Source: Podarcis vaucheri (Eukaryota). Taken from it: a DNA stretch of 64,000 bases. The position numbers were made by a program, and so were the translations under genes. The notes under the pieces were generated by a model. That model saw only the letters and a program-made list of their open reading frames with translations. It was not told the DNA's origin and made no database searches. Each line of letters opens with the position of its first letter. Position 1 is the stretch's first letter. This document shows positions 12,391 to 25,705 of the stretch, in pieces. Location: the NCBI GenBank assembly GCA_965113315.1, contig OZ220364.1; one strand, 5' to 3'.

Positions 12391-14922
12391 CTCTTCATCT
12401 GACCGGAATTATGAAGTTACATGAAATACCAAGCTAGTACATAGTTTTTGTGCCACATCTCCTGCTACGTGGACTTTCCAGATGCTTTGGATTTCTGCCA
12501 TTTTTCTTATCCTGAAATGTTTTGAGCCAGAATGTATTGCTCATTTCTGGAGATAGTAACATCTGGCAGTGGTGTATTCATCCTTTGACTGAAATTCTCA
12601 AACTGACAATAACATTACAAATTCAGTTGGAACACTGAGAGTAAGATGCAGAAACCGGCAGTTCATCCTGCTGCTACTGCAGACTTGCCAGTCACTTAGC
12701 ACCAATTTTTTTTTTGCTTGTTTAGAGGAGAGTGAGGATAAGAAAGCTCTCATGCAGAGGTGAAGTTAAGCCAACATAACATGTGCACATGTTCATAAAT
12801 TTAAGGAACAGTGCCTGTGTACCTTTCACCTTCTAACTCTAAAGTAATCTCATCAGAAGGAGTTAAGCTGTACTTGCCAGCAGTTAAGACTCAGTCAGTA
12901 GTTCCACACAGAAAATTTATTTTTTTCAATAGTAGACTGAATAAGGAGTCTAATGGATTCAATGAGGCATAAAGAAAAAGTGTAAAGGGACAGCAGAGGA
13001 AAATAAAAGAGAAAGATGTGCGAAAAAAGAAAGGAACTGGGAACCATTGTAAGTCTTCGGGAAAGGGAACTAGGCAGCAATGATTATATCTCCTGAAGTG
13101 TCTTTTGTTTCAGCTTGAAGTAATAGCAGAGAATAGTCCTTCATAGTGAGGCTTTAACATGCAGCCCAAGATTGATCTCTGTATTCAGAGGAGGAAAGTA
13201 GAACATTCATGAGATGCATGCAGAGTTTTAGGCTTTCCTGCTTTTTCTCGTTGAAGTTTTAAAACACTGAAAAATGTTTTCTTCTTCTTCTCTTAACACG
13301 TTGGTGAGGATTTAAGGAAATCTCAGAGCAGCTTGCTGCAGAAGTCTCTCTGCAGCACTGCAATTGTATTTCACATGCAACTGCAATCAGCATGGAATTG
13401 CAATAAAAACAAACTATTTAATCCCTCACCCCATGTGGTTTTCTGTTGCAGATATCTTTAATTGGCACCGGAGACTAGATTAGGCTTCAGTCTAATAGAC
13501 ATGAAAAGGAATTCAGCTTCACCCTAAAAATTAAGCAGGATTTTTTGGGCTGTGACAATGCATACATTGAGGAACTTGAGGGTCATTCCCTTGTGAGAAA
13601 TAACTTAGGGTAGTTTTCAGTCTCAGTTATACAAGTGGCCTCATCGCCTCAATTTAATATTTTCCTTTTTTACAATCAGAGCTTCTGATTTTTCCTCCAC
13701 CCTATTTTTAAAAAATAGGGTGTCTGTCTATTTTTAAAAAGGTAGTACAGGGAAGCGACTTAATAATACTAGGTAAGTAAATGACTGATAAAATAAAAAG
13801 ACAAATATTTTTATGCACATCTACAGCGATTATTTCAGTGTTAATAATTTATGACTTGACATACTCAATCTGTATTACTCACATAATCTCATACAAATGA
13901 AAATGTATGTGTAGATTATTAATTTTTTCTCATATAGTCAGAATCACATTTTAGCCACTCTAGATAAAAAAAGGAGTGGCAGTGAAAAACTTTTGCAGGC
14001 AATTTCAGTTTGCCAGTAGACTCTGTAAAGAGTTATGCAGATAGCTGAATGACTTTTTGCGTCTAAGGCAAAAAATAAAAATAAAAATCCAAAAACCCAG
14101 CCTCATTTTGAAATTATGTTAAAACTTTAATGGCAATTGTGCAGCCTTTAATGTAATCCCAAATCTGACAATTGAGATGAATATCAGTCTTCATAACTGA
14201 TTCCATTCACTCATACATTTTAAACATTGTTTTTTCCTGTTGCTGAATCCCCTCTTAATTTCACATAAAATATTTTTTAAGTCATTGCACAGGTCAAGCA
14301 TCTGAAGAATCCCAGTGGAAGGAATAAATAATTTAAATAACACTAGTAAAAACTCATGTGCATGTGTGTGTTGGTATGTGGCCAAACATCCCCTCAGATG
14401 CCACTAAATTTAGATTTAAGCAGAATTTCTAAATGAGTATGGAGATTTCTAGTCAGGCAAACGTTCAAAGAATCTTGAGGAAAGCAAAATGTGTTTCAGT
14501 AAATCTGGGCAAAGTTCTCATGGCAGTTGTAAAACATTAAACCAAAATGCAACCATAATTGTTAAACTGCAGTGAGAAAAGCCTCAGTGTAAGGGACTGG
14601 GAGCCTCAAGACATCCTTTTCTTTGCACGTTCATGATGATTCGTGCACTTTATGTTATTGGGATGGTCATTTGTCATCCCATTTTTCAGTACTGTTTGCC
14701 CGTACAAAAGTTTTGGGGTGGTTAGAATGTTTTGTTTCCAGTTGGTGCATATCCCTGCTGAAATCCTGTAACTTCTTATATCACAAATACTCTGGCTTTT
14801 TTTCTTTCTTTTTTTTTTGGTCACATGTTTGTTGCGCTGGACAGCAATAATGTGGCAGCATTTGGGGTAGTACCAAGGAACAACTAATAAAGCAGAATTA
14901 AACCACCACTAATGCACTGTTA

Positions 14923-15282
14923 GGACGCGGGTTGCGCTGTGGGTAAAACCTCAGTGCCTAGGACTTGCCGATCGTATGGTCGGCGGTTCGAATCCCCGCG
15001 GCGGGGTGAGCTCCCGTCGTTCGGTCCCAGCTCCTGCCCATCTAGCAGTTCGAAAGCACCCCTAAGTGCAAGTAGATAAATAGGTACCGCTTTATAGCAG
15101 GAAGGTAACGGCGTTTCCGTGCGCTGCGCTGGTGCTGGCTCGCCAGAGCAGCTTCATCACGCTGGCCATGTGACCCGGAAGTGTCTCCGGACAGCGCTGG
15201 CTCCCGGCCTCTTAAGCGAGATGAGCACGCAACCCCAGAGTCGGTCACGACTGGCCCGTACGGGCAGGGGTACTTTTACCTT
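14923..15282 (+). mobile_element. Sauria/Squam1 SINE, full length, young (CpG-rich)
   Basis: Head GGACGCGGGTTGCGCTGTGG with box B GGTTCGAATCC; Bov-B-like tail GAGTCGGTCACGACTGG..ACCTTT; perfect 13-bp TSD TAATGCACTGTTA. Confidence 0.96.
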
Positions 15283-16429
15283 TAATGCACTGTTATTGTG
15301 TCATGAACATTTAGGAGAATATACCTCCAATAAAATAGCAGTCTGGAGGGGCCCATTTTTGCAAAAAATCTTGATTGGCTAACAAATAACATGGTATATG
15401 CACAATCCAAGTAAAGCAAAGGAGTAAGGTTCACTACAGCCAACTCTTTTTTCTGATTCATCTTGAAGTTGTGGTGATATAGTGTGTGAACATTAAACTG
15501 ACATGCTGTGTTGTAGCAGCAGCCTGGGAAATCTATTTTTAACTTTTCCAGCTAAATTTGCCATGCTGAGTGCTTCCTATTCTGTCTCAACAGGTTAAAG
15601 ATAAACTGTATCGTTCCTCCTGAGGTTTGCCTTACTTCTGGACTGGCTCTCCAGAGTTAAGCTTGCTGCATTGCAAACTGTATATACTGTGATTTTCTGA
15701 TCAGAAGTCTCAGTTTATGTAATGACTCAAACTTGCAGTCCAAACAGATAGGCTAGATATTTGTTTTGTTTTCTCAGCACACTGACATTGCTGGGGCATA
15801 GCAGTGATGTGGAGGAACTATTTTGAGCATTGGTATGCAAATTAATACACTAGGCAATTAGAGGCAATTAAAACAGGATCTAGTGTAATTAGAAACGATG
15901 TTGTCCTTGTTTTATTCAGAGAAGTTTGACATGTTGGAGAAAAGAAAAGAAAAAGTACAGGAAGCTTGCAATGCTTTTTGAGATGTACCCAGTAATAATA
16001 ACAGCAACAAAGCTCCATAATGACGGTACAAGTTAACATAAGGTTCCAGGTCATTAAGTGGGGAATCAAAGGGCAGAAGTTGTATTTAAGGATGGGAATA
16101 GTACAACACTGAATGTTAATGTGTAGTATGCGTGACTCAAATTTAATGTATTGTAAATGGGAGCCAATGCACCCAAAATATTACCAGGATATCCTGCAGT
16201 GCAGACTAATCTAAATGTACTGTTTAATTGACACTGCAAGTCCAAACCTTTGATCCATTCTACCATCCCCATGCAATGCTGGAGAGCAATTACATGGGCG
16301 ATCATTCATTTCACTCCCAGGAAAAATTCCCTACATTTCCACAAAACCACTCAGCCTTTGGAGTGGCTCTTGAGGCATCTCCGCTCATGGAGTCAATCCA
16401 ACTCCTTGGTCCTCTATAGAGCTAGTGAT

Positions 16430-17460
16430 GATGAAACACATGATTGCGACTAGAGCAACATTGGCAGAAAGCTCGGAATGAATCAGGCTGAACACAGGTT
16501 GGGGCCTATTTGAAGATCTGTTTTGCTGCAGTGTAGGGAGCAAAATTATTTTTCCCCACCCCACCCCGTCTCCATTGCATCAGCAAGGAGTTGGTCAACT
16601 TGGGGGAGTGGGACAGGGGAAGTGTGTCCCTGTAAGGTTGTGCTGGACATTTCGGAAGCTTTCAAAAGCATAGACCATGGTATCCTTCTGGACTGCCTTG
16701 CTGGGGTGGGACTTGGGATGATACAGTGGCTCTGTTTCTCCTTGGAAGGGTGAACCCAGAAGATGGTGCTGGGGACTCCTGTTTAATGCCTTTGCTGTTG
16801 ACCTGTATGGTCCCTCAGAGTTCTTTTCTGTTCCCCATGCTATTTAACATTTACATGAAACTGCTGGGAGTTGTCTGAAGTTTCCGGGTTTAGTGTCACC
16901 AGTATGCTGAGAACACCCAGCTCTGTTTCTCCTTTCCACCTAAATCCATGGAAGCTCTTCTCAATTCTAAACTGCTGTCTGACATCAGTAATGGACTGGA
17001 TGAGGGTGAACAAATGGCAAGACAGAGGTGCTCTTGGTCAGTCAGAAGGTAAAACAGGGAAGAGGGATTCAACCTGTGCTGCGTGGGGCAACACTCCTCG
17101 TGAAGACACTGGTCCACAGTTTGGGCCTGCTCCTGGGTTCAGCCCTGAGCATGGATGCCCAAGTCTCTGCAGTGGCCAGGAGTGCATTTGCACAGTTAAA
17201 GTGTGCCTTCCGCCAGCAGGTGAAGGCCTTCTTATTCCAACCAGCTTTTGGGAATTTTAATGAAAGGGCTGGTACAGTGCTGTTTTTATTGTTTTATTGT
17301 TATGTTTTTAATTTTTTATATCTATATATAGTTATAATTCAATTATTATTATTTTTAAAAATTCCCTGTATGTTTTTAAGCTGTTTGTATTTTATCTGTA
17401 AGCCACTTACAGTCCCTGGCAGGGGAAAAGGTGGGGTATAAATATAATACTAATAATAAT
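16430..17460 (+). mobile_element. L2 LINE remnant with RT motifs and internal deletions
   Basis: VVLDISEAFKSIDHGILLDCL, VPQSSFLFPMLFNIYMKLLG, HQYAENTQL, VMDWMRVNK; 3' tail ..GGTGGGGTATAAAT. Confidence 0.8.
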
Positions 17461-17744
17461 TTAAGGATGCATGAATGTGTTGCCAGAAGACAGGGTGCAT
17501 AAAGACCCTTCCATATTTAACATTCTAACTTTACAACACTTCAGTGAAAGTCCTTTGTTTATACATTTGCTTCTGTTTATATAAATGCAGCTTTATTTGC
17601 AGTCTAAATTTAGCCTTGAGCTTTCTTGTGTTTATGGATGAGTAGAAGAAAAATTCAGTGCAAATATATACAACTTGTAATCATTTTGCTTGGGATACCA
17701 CAGTTAATGCAACTGTGGAAATGGCTTGACCTTTTGTTTTGGAT

Positions 17745-17920
17745 AGTTTATGAAGGATGCAGATGGGATTTTTGGAGGTGCGAGACCAACCACTGGTATA
17801 CTCCTCCACCCTTGCCCTTCCTGGCTGATAAGAGCAGCCAAAGGAAGACTCATCAAGAGAGTAATGAGGGTGGCAAATGCCCCCTTGAAGGATAGCATAA
17901 TTGCAGCAAGACTGAAAGAG
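17745..17920 (+). mobile_element. L2 ORF2 fragment
   Basis: ARPTTGILLHPCPSWLIRAA..VANAPLKDSIIAARLKE, typical of the L2 region before RT. Confidence 0.6.
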
Positions 17921-18849
17921 ATGTGTGAAAATTTTCTAAGGCTGGAGGTACCCTACAACTGTCTTACTGTTTTACTTTCCTGGCTTTGGGGATTTCTTTA
18001 TCCAATGAACTCAATATTGTAGAGTCAACATAACTGAGTTGCAAGTTTAACAATTTTTTAAAAATTGAAACTGCGCACACAGACATACACAGCTTCAAAG
18101 AAAGCAAATAGTTTCTTACACTTCCAAAGACATGTCAGTCTACTTGTGGAGGTGGCCCATCTGCACAGTCCAACATAGCTACCTAACATTAATGCAACAA
18201 AATGGGCCACCAGAGTCCAAGCTAAACTTCCCAACTTCTTTTATACGGTTTTTGGGTTTCCGTATATGGTAACGATGGGCATGCCAGTATTCTCATTGGT
18301 GTCTATATATTCTGGACACATGCAGAATGCCTTCTCAATTTGAATCATAATTCTTACTTCCCTGTTCCCTAACATTTTCCTCTGTTTTCCCATTTCTAGA
18401 CAAGAACGTATTGCCTAATCTTTTACTCTTCATCGGTACATATAGACTCCTGTTTGGTTCTGGATTTCTAACTGTACCCTGATCTAACCATATTTCCTGC
18501 TGAAACCTGTGCCCATCAACTTCCTATATAAAATTTTGCCCAAGCATAAATGCATCCATGTCAAAAATGATTTTTGCTTTTCTGTAATCACTTTTAGCTA
18601 TTTTTCTGAGTTAAATCTTAGGTTAACTCTTTCTACTTATACCTTATTGAAGTATGATTGATACATATATGTGCATGATATTTTAGCCCTACGGTAATGG
18701 TGCCTCATCTTGAATTTTCCAAATAAGGATTAGTTGGTTCCAGCTTAATCTGGGCCTGATTATGTAATGGGCTTGGTTGCTGTAGTGCAATTTATATGCC
18801 AAAAACTGGACAGGGAGAAATGTGTCCCTATAAATCCAACTGGTTCTTC

Positions 18850-19700
18850 CAGTAGCTCTTGATACCATTGACTACTATATTCGTCTGGACCATAGATTAG
18901 ACTGGGATGCACTGCTTCAATCTGGCTCCAGTCCTTCTTGGAGGGGCAGTTTCTAGCAGTGGTTGTGAGGGTCTCTTAGGTAAATTAGAATACCCCTGCT
19001 GAACAAGCAAAAGGCCCATCTAGTCAAGCATCCTCTTCTTGCAGACAACTAACTGCCTAAATGAAACCTGGGTGCAACAGCATCCTCCACACTTTTGATT
19101 TTGATTTACAGCAATGGTTATTCAGAGGCATGTTTGGGTCTGTGGTGTTTCTCAGGGTCCATCCTGTCCCCACAAGATGTTTAACATCTACCAAAAACTA
19201 TGGGGGGAAACCAGCCATGGATATGGAGTGTCGTAGCACCAATATGTTGATAAAATTCAGCTCTGCTTCTCCTTTCCATCGCATTTTAGGGTGGCTTTTG
19301 AGCAGCTAAGCTGATGTTTGAACTTAGTAATGGACTAGATTGGTGGTTCCCAACTAGCTCAGTACTGTGGACCCCCTATTTTTCAAAAGCCAAGGCATGG
19401 ACCCCCTACTTTTGAAAATTTTGGTATCTCTGTGGTAGTTTTTGTTATGTGAATGTTGCCACAGACTCCTGGGCGGGTTATGCAAACCCTTTGGGGTTCA
19501 CAGACCTGCAGTTGGGAACCTCTGGACTAGATGGAAGCAAATGCCTATCTTTCCAGGCAGGACAAAATTGATGTTGATGAGTAGAATTGATCTGAAAATT
19601 GGAGTTCAGCCTATTTTGGGTGGGTACTATTTCCCTTGAAACTTTTGGTTCAGAGTCTGATAATACTCCTGAATCTATCTGTGGACCTGATGTCCAACTT
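18850..19700 (+). mobile_element. Old L2 RT remnant with nested CR1 3'UTR (18985-19132) and hAT MITE (19341-19524)
   Basis: A.DTID.., CGVSQG.ILSP..MFNIY, HQYVDKIQL, VMD*M motifs continue across the insertions. Confidence 0.6.
19341..19524. mobile_element. hAT (Charlie-like) MITE
   Basis: GTGGTTCCCAAC..GTTGGGAACCTCTG TIRs; perfect 8-bp TSD GACTAGAT. Confidence 0.85.
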
Positions 19701-19753
19701 AACTACCTTCTCGGTTGCTACACTAAGGCTTTGGAACTTCCTCCCCTTAGATC

Positions 19754-19876
19754 AGCCTTTGTCAACACAATGTCTTCCAGATGTTTTGGCCTACACCTCC
19801 CATCAGCTTGAGTCAGCTGGGACTGATGGAAATTGTACTCCAAACATCTGGAGGGTACCAGGTTGACAAAGGCCTG
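19754..19876. mobile_element. About 125-bp hairpin hAT MITE
   Basis: CAGCCTTTGTCAAC..GTTGACAAAGGCCTG; internal CCAGATGTTT..AAACATCTGG; same family as 21583-21718. Confidence 0.7.
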
Positions 19877-19889
19877 CCAAGGCCAATTT

Positions 19890-20062
19890 TGGGATAGTGG
19901 TAGTTCATGCTTTGGGTATAGAAGGTTTCAGTTTAATACCCAGCATTTCCAGGTCAGAGTATGAATATGTTTTGTCTGAAACCCTGGAGAGCTGCTGCCA
20001 GTCAGCTCAATACTGAGCTGGATATATCAATCGTCTGACAGTATAAGACAGCTTCATTGATT
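19890..20062 (+). mobile_element. tRNA-derived SINE (Squam3-like), decayed
   Basis: Body TCTGAAACCCTGGAGAGCTGCTGCCAGTCAG..AATACTGAGCT..GTATAAGACAGCTTC; a tail-only copy sits at about 38363-38420. Confidence 0.65.
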
Positions 20063-20122
20063 TGAACCAAGCTCTCCAGATCCAGCTCCCTGGCAACTAA
20101 AGTCTAGCTACAAGCCTTCCAT

Positions 20123-20279
20123 TTCCCAGAGAGCGCAGTAGGTCAGTGCATCTGGCTGTTAACCAGAAGGTTGGTGGTTCAACCAACCAGGGATGACTGT
20201 GGGCAGAATTCCTGCACTAGATGGGTTGGACTAGATGAACTTCAGGGTCCCTTCCAACTCTACAATTCTATGATTCTAT
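20123..20279 (+). mobile_element. SINE with tRNA-Asn(GTT) head and CR1-derived tail
   Basis: GGCTGTTAACCAGAAGGTTGGTGGTTC..CCAGGGATG matches vertebrate tRNA-Asn; tail ATTCCTGCA..GGTTGGACTAGATG..CCCTTCCAACTCTACAATTCTATGATTCTAT. Confidence 0.85.
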
Positions 20280-20575
20280 TATATACTGAATCATCATGAA
20301 CATAAGAAAATTACATAAGAAGAACCCTGCTAGATCAGACTAAAGGCCCATCTAGTCCAACACGTTTCCACAGGGCCAACCAGCAGCCTATGGGAAGTCC
20401 ACAAGCAGGACATATAGGCAATATACCCCACGTGCTGTTGATCTCCTGATAGACATCTGGATTAGTAAGCATACATAATATTATCCTCCATTTATGAACT
20501 GCAGCTGAGTACATTATTTTACATGTAACTTTTTGTTGCTAAAATAATGTGTTTTCTCCCACTTGTTCTTCATAG

Positions 20576-20728
<153 letters not shown>

Positions 20729-20892
20729 TAAACATTCAGTGCATTGTTGTTTTCCATCATGTCCCCAAACTTTTGTCTTCTGTGTTTTTATTTCAGGTTG
20801 AAACAAGGGGTGAATCCCTATAGTTTCAACTAGATGTTAAGTAAGCAAAGCCAGTTTGGAAACATTTGTGCTGTGTTTAACTTAATTGTACC

Positions 20893-21130
20893 TAGAGATG
20901 TAAAAATTTCAGGAATTTTGAAACCATGAGAAGAATACCATTTCCTTTAATTTTTTCCGGGGAGAGGGGTGGATTTAGGAGAGATGTTTGGAATATATGC
21001 AATACATACTCTGTTATCAAAGCAACACTTGTTTTACTGCTTCAGTGCCATAAAATGTATCATTCATAACTTAATTAGCATATCAGATTGTACTGCTTGG
21101 CATATTAATGAAATTTACAGAGAAATCCTA
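20893..21130. mobile_element. Decayed hAT-like MITE (TAGAGATG end)
   Basis: TAGAGATGTAAAAATTTC..AAATTTACA..CCTA termini. Confidence 0.4.
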
Positions 21131-21582
21131 TGTATATTTTCTTAAAAGCAAGACTCACTTATTTTATATCTGGAACAACTGTTGTCGTATTATATTTCTT
21201 TACTTTTTCAAGCAAATTGGTTTAAATCTTGGGTGGCTACTCCATGGCCCCATCAGTAGCTGCAGCATTATCTCCCATCAGCCCCTGTTAGCATAGCCAA
21301 TGTTCAGGGATGATGGAGGTCCAACAGCAGCTGGATGGAAGGCCACAGGTTTCCTACTCCTGCAATAGAGATGTGCTGCTTGACAGCAGGGTTGTTGTGA
21401 GCACGATCCAATATGCATCTGATAGTCAAGCAACCACATTAGTTAAACCACTCTAAATGTCAATAGTTTCCCTATTTAGGAAAAGAATCACACTCACATG
21501 CCATACTAAAATTAGTATGTGACAAATGGAAGCACCTACACCACCACTTTCAATGCAGAACAAGTTTAGAGACACTTTACTT

Positions 21583-21718
21583 CAGGTATGGGCAAACTCC
21601 GGCCCAGCAGATGTTTGGGACTACAATTCCCATCATCCGTAGCTAACAGGACCAGTGGTCAGGGATGATGGGAGCTGTAGTCCAAAACGTCTGGAGGCCT
21701 GGAGTTTGCCTGTGCCTG
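21583..21718. mobile_element. 136-bp hairpin hAT MITE
   Basis: CAGGTATGGGCAAACTCC..GGAGTTTGCCTGTGCCTG TIRs, nearly palindromic throughout; perfect 8-bp TSD CTTTACTT. Confidence 0.92.
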
Positions 21719-21854
21719 CTTTACTTGTTAATAAGTCCTGGGTAGCTCTTTCACTCTATTTTATCTAGATCTGGGCAAAACAACAACAAGACTTGTGATG
21801 TTTGTGAGGGGTTGAGTGGGGGAACTGTGTTAGCACTCCCATCTTGATTATAGG

Positions 21855-21955
21855 CATAGCTGTCAACTTTACCCTTTTCTTCCCTTATTTGGAATAAGGG
21901 AATTATTTGGAATAAGGGAATTTCCCTTAAAAGAAGGGAAACGTTGACAGCTATG
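21855..21955. mobile_element. 101-bp hAT MITE
   Basis: Perfect 13-bp TIR CATAGCTGTCAAC/GTTGACAGCTATG; perfect 8-bp TSD ATTATAGG; internal 18-bp tandem duplication TTATTTGGAATAAGGGAA. Confidence 0.92.
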
Positions 21956-23119
21956 ATTATAGGCAGCCAGAGTCCAGTAAGTAATTGCAAGTACTTCATA
22001 TTGTAGTCTCAGTGAATGTTTAGGCACAGTGGGTGAGGTTAGAATCTGTAGCAAGACAAAAACTTAATCAACTCTAGCATTCAGAATAAAAGAGCAGACT
22101 TATTTAAAACGGTATAAAACAATGGAGAGAAAATACAAAGCTGTGATTTGAAAACAACAGCCTAACTATATAATTTCTAGGGCAGGCTTAACAAAGTAAC
22201 TTCAGTTGTCATGAAAAACAGCTTGTGTTGTCCCAGGCAATTTGTAGCAGGCATTCAAAAAAGTGATAGAACCATGGTTGGGAAATGGCACTTTTTACCT
22301 GTTGATATTCAGGTGAGGGGCTTGATTGTGTGGACACAAGGATCCACTCAGATAGGATTCTGGCTGGGTCAGATTCTGCACAAAAGCACAGAGGGCAATA
22401 CCTAACATACTGTTTAAAGCCCCTGGAAGAGGCTTTAATTGGTGTAAACCTGAGGACACGTTTCTAATTTGGATTTGGCAAAGTACATCCTTTGTACTTT
22501 GTGGATGCTAGCTTTTGAAATCATGGAGATAGGACTCTTTGGGCAGAAAAGCAGCATTCTGAAAAGAAAGGGGTGCTGGGCTTTGGGTTTTAGTTACAAA
22601 GCACTTGCTTATTAGACGATTCTGGATTCCATTCAACAACTGAGCATTTGGTATACTTTCCACCACTTGTCAGAAAAGGACTTAAAAGGGAGCCGGGAAA
22701 TGAAGGCCATTGAAAGTGATTTATTTTATCAAGGCCGATGTCTTAAGAACTGTAAGACTTCATCAAACATAAAGTTTATGGTGGAATTAGATGGAGTCAA
22801 ATAAATAATAGAGGTGTTTGTCAGTCTTCATTTCTTAAAGTAGCTGCCTGAGTCTAGTGGCAACTCCTCTTTCGAAAGGTTTTGGGAGGAATGGTGGTGT
22901 AATTGGATTTGTATGGAATTGGTGAATAATTTTATGCTATTTCCCCCCTTTTTCTCTGTGATAGGGTCCTAAATTTGTTTCTGTTGTATTGTTTCCTGTT
23001 GTTATTTATGTAAACCATCCTAGGGCTTCCTGGCAAAGGGAGGTATAGACAACTCTGAAATAAACAATTAATAAAATAAACAGTGAACATCTCAGCAAAA
23101 GTACATTTTAAGGTAATAT

Positions 23120-23790
23120 AGCAATTCCCCCAAACCTTTCCTCTAGCACTTCTGAAGTTGTTAAAATGTACAAATTTCATTGGCAAACTCTTGATAGATA
23201 CAATCCTGTGTTTTAAGTATTTGTATGAATCATTCTCTTGTTCAAGCAGTCAGAACTTTTGAAAAGCAGGACTTTTTTCAAATCCCCTTTGCATGTCTCA
23301 CTATTTCTCTTCTTCCGCACTTTCCCATTCAATAAGATGTTGCTAATATTCTGATATAGGACCTTGAAAAGGAGGGTTGCATTTGAAATCTTTATCACAA
23401 TTTTTGTTTACTTTTAAAGTCAGCATCACACCTATATTTAAGCATAGGCTAATTACATTAGTAACTTTATTTTGCCAAATTATGTATTTTAGCAGTTTCA
23501 GAAGGACTAGGGTAGAAGCTTTGGGAATTGCTATTTTTGTTTTTATTTTGGGGTATACAGGAGGGCTTTCAGTTTTAATTGGTTTCAGTGTTAGATTAAT
23601 CAACTCGAGCTTTCATTTATTAATTGATGGAGGTCTGTTTTAATTGGTGAGGGCAATTTTTAATTGGTTGGGCTATGAGTAAAGGGCATCCTTGGATTTT
23701 TGAGGCTATTTTTTTACTGTGTTGGAAAATAAACTATTCAAGATTGCCATTCTTCAAAGAATGAGGAGGTAGCTTTTGTGAGTTACCTTA
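23120..23790 (-). mobile_element. Possible very old L1 ORF2 remnant
   Basis: A-rich minus strand with only faint L1-like peptides (..FFEEWQ.., ..FKVLYQNISNIL..). Confidence 0.3.
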
Positions 23791-24724
23791 CAGTTATTCC
23801 AGTGTCTCAAAGACATCATTCTATTGAGATTTTGGTAATATGGATTTTTATTTAAATATAATTTGTTGTTCAATTAATTAGTTAAAAGGCACATGCTATA
23901 CAAACTAAACATGGTTTAATTGGTTGACAGTCTTGTGTGGACCATTTTTTTGTTAGAGTTTTATGGACAGATAGTGCTTTTGCTTTTCTGCTTTTACTGT
24001 CATTATTGCTATGGTCATTTCTTGTTTACAGCCTTGAACCTTTTGAGGAAAGGTGAAACAGATTTAAAAAAACAACAATGCAAAACAGTAAAAAGTTTTT
24101 TCAGAGTCCAAACAACATTTCACAGTGACCCAAACAAGCTTATGCTGGCCTCATATGATATACCATTTCAGAGACATAAACTTGTTAAGAAAGGGGGGGG
24201 GGTGTTAAATGACATGGAGTCAACTTTTCATGAGGGTTGCTATATAGTCAAGACAGTAAATTAACTAATGCATTTCTGTACCATACTAGAAAGCATTCAG
24301 TTTTTGGATATCAGATTGCCACAATTTCCACCATTACAGTCACCAGCAAGATTATAAGGCTATATACACTTCACTGAAATATAATTAATATGGTTTGCAT
24401 GTACTTTTTTTTATAAAAAGTACAAAAATTGGAATCTCTGGAATTTCATATTTCTTTCCTGTTTACAACCTGAGACAATTCTACATAATTATTCTCAATT
24501 TGTAACAGAATCCTACCTGCACCCTACCTGCACTTTAATCCTTGCTATGATTGCATATTCCGTCCTTGCTGGCACAGAGATGTGAACGCACTGGATCCAA
24601 AGGTTCCCTTCTATAAATGAAAGAAGGGCCCTTTCCATGAACAGAAGGGAAATGGATCCTTTGGAAGCTTTGGTTTACAGAAGTGTGGGGAATGGTTTTC
24701 ACTTATTTCTTTTGCTGCTAGAGT

Positions 24725-24726
<2 letters not shown>

Positions 24727-24766
<40 letters not shown>
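24727..24766. repeat. (CA)20 microsatellite
   Basis: Read directly. Confidence 0.95.
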
Positions 24767-24769
<3 letters not shown>

Positions 24770-25391
24770 CACACACCTAGGCCATTTCTCATACGGTTCT
24801 AGAGGTTCCCCAACACTCTGAAGCAGATATTCAAGGGACACAGGTAGGGAAGTATGAAATCAGTAGTGTCCATTGTGTCGCTTGTTCATTGTAAAGCAAG
24901 CTGGTTTTGTTCCGCTGCCATTTCCATCCATTACATAGCTATCCATCCTGCTGTTCGCTCTGGTATGTCTGCATCATTTTATTGTGAAATATACCTGTAT
25001 TACACTATAATTTACAGTTCAGTTGCCTTCCCAGTATATTCCCTTTCAAAGTTTAGTGAATTTCCAGAGAGGCAAACACAACCAAGAGCCTTGTGGCATC
25101 ACTCATCACAAAGCCATCTATGGCTACAAACCTAACCATGTCTATTCAGAAGCAAGTCCCATTGAGGTCAGAGAAGCTTACTTCCAGATGGGTGGGGTTA
25201 GGATTGAAGCCACTCTCATTACCTTGATTTCACAATTCAGTATAAATCTGTCATCCCATCTCATTTCCCTTGCTCAGGCATCAGGGAGGGACAGTTTCAT
25301 TATAAGGCAATATAACTGTAGCAGGGGGTTGGAGAAATAAAGAAATCTTAAGCTTAATTTTACTTTTAAAATACATAATTGGTGTGGTAAA

Positions 25392-25705
25392 GGTAAAGGT
25401 ACCCCTGACCATTAGGTCCAGTCGCAGACAACTCTGGGATTGCGGTGCTCATCTCGCTTTACTGGCTGAGGGAGCCAGCGTACAGCTTTTGGGTCATGTG
25501 GCCAGCATGACTAAGCCGCTTCTGGCAAACCAGAGCAGCGCACGGAAACGCCGTTTACCTTCCCGTTGGAGCGATACCTATTTATCTACTTGCACTTTGA
25601 TGTGCTTTTGAACTGCTAGGTGGGCAGGAGCAGGGACCGAGCAACGGGAGCTCACCCCGTTGTGGGGATTCGAGGCTCTGTGGTTTAACCCACAGCGCCA
25701 TCTAC
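25392..25705 (-). mobile_element. Sauria/Squam1 SINE with about 28-bp deletion in the head
   Basis: Collinear with other copies; 12-bp TSD TGGTGTGGTAAA. Confidence 0.93.

Noticed and set aside
18040-18560. Possible old minus-strand LINE fragment
   Set aside because: Composition is suggestive, but I could not recover a diagnostic peptide motif.
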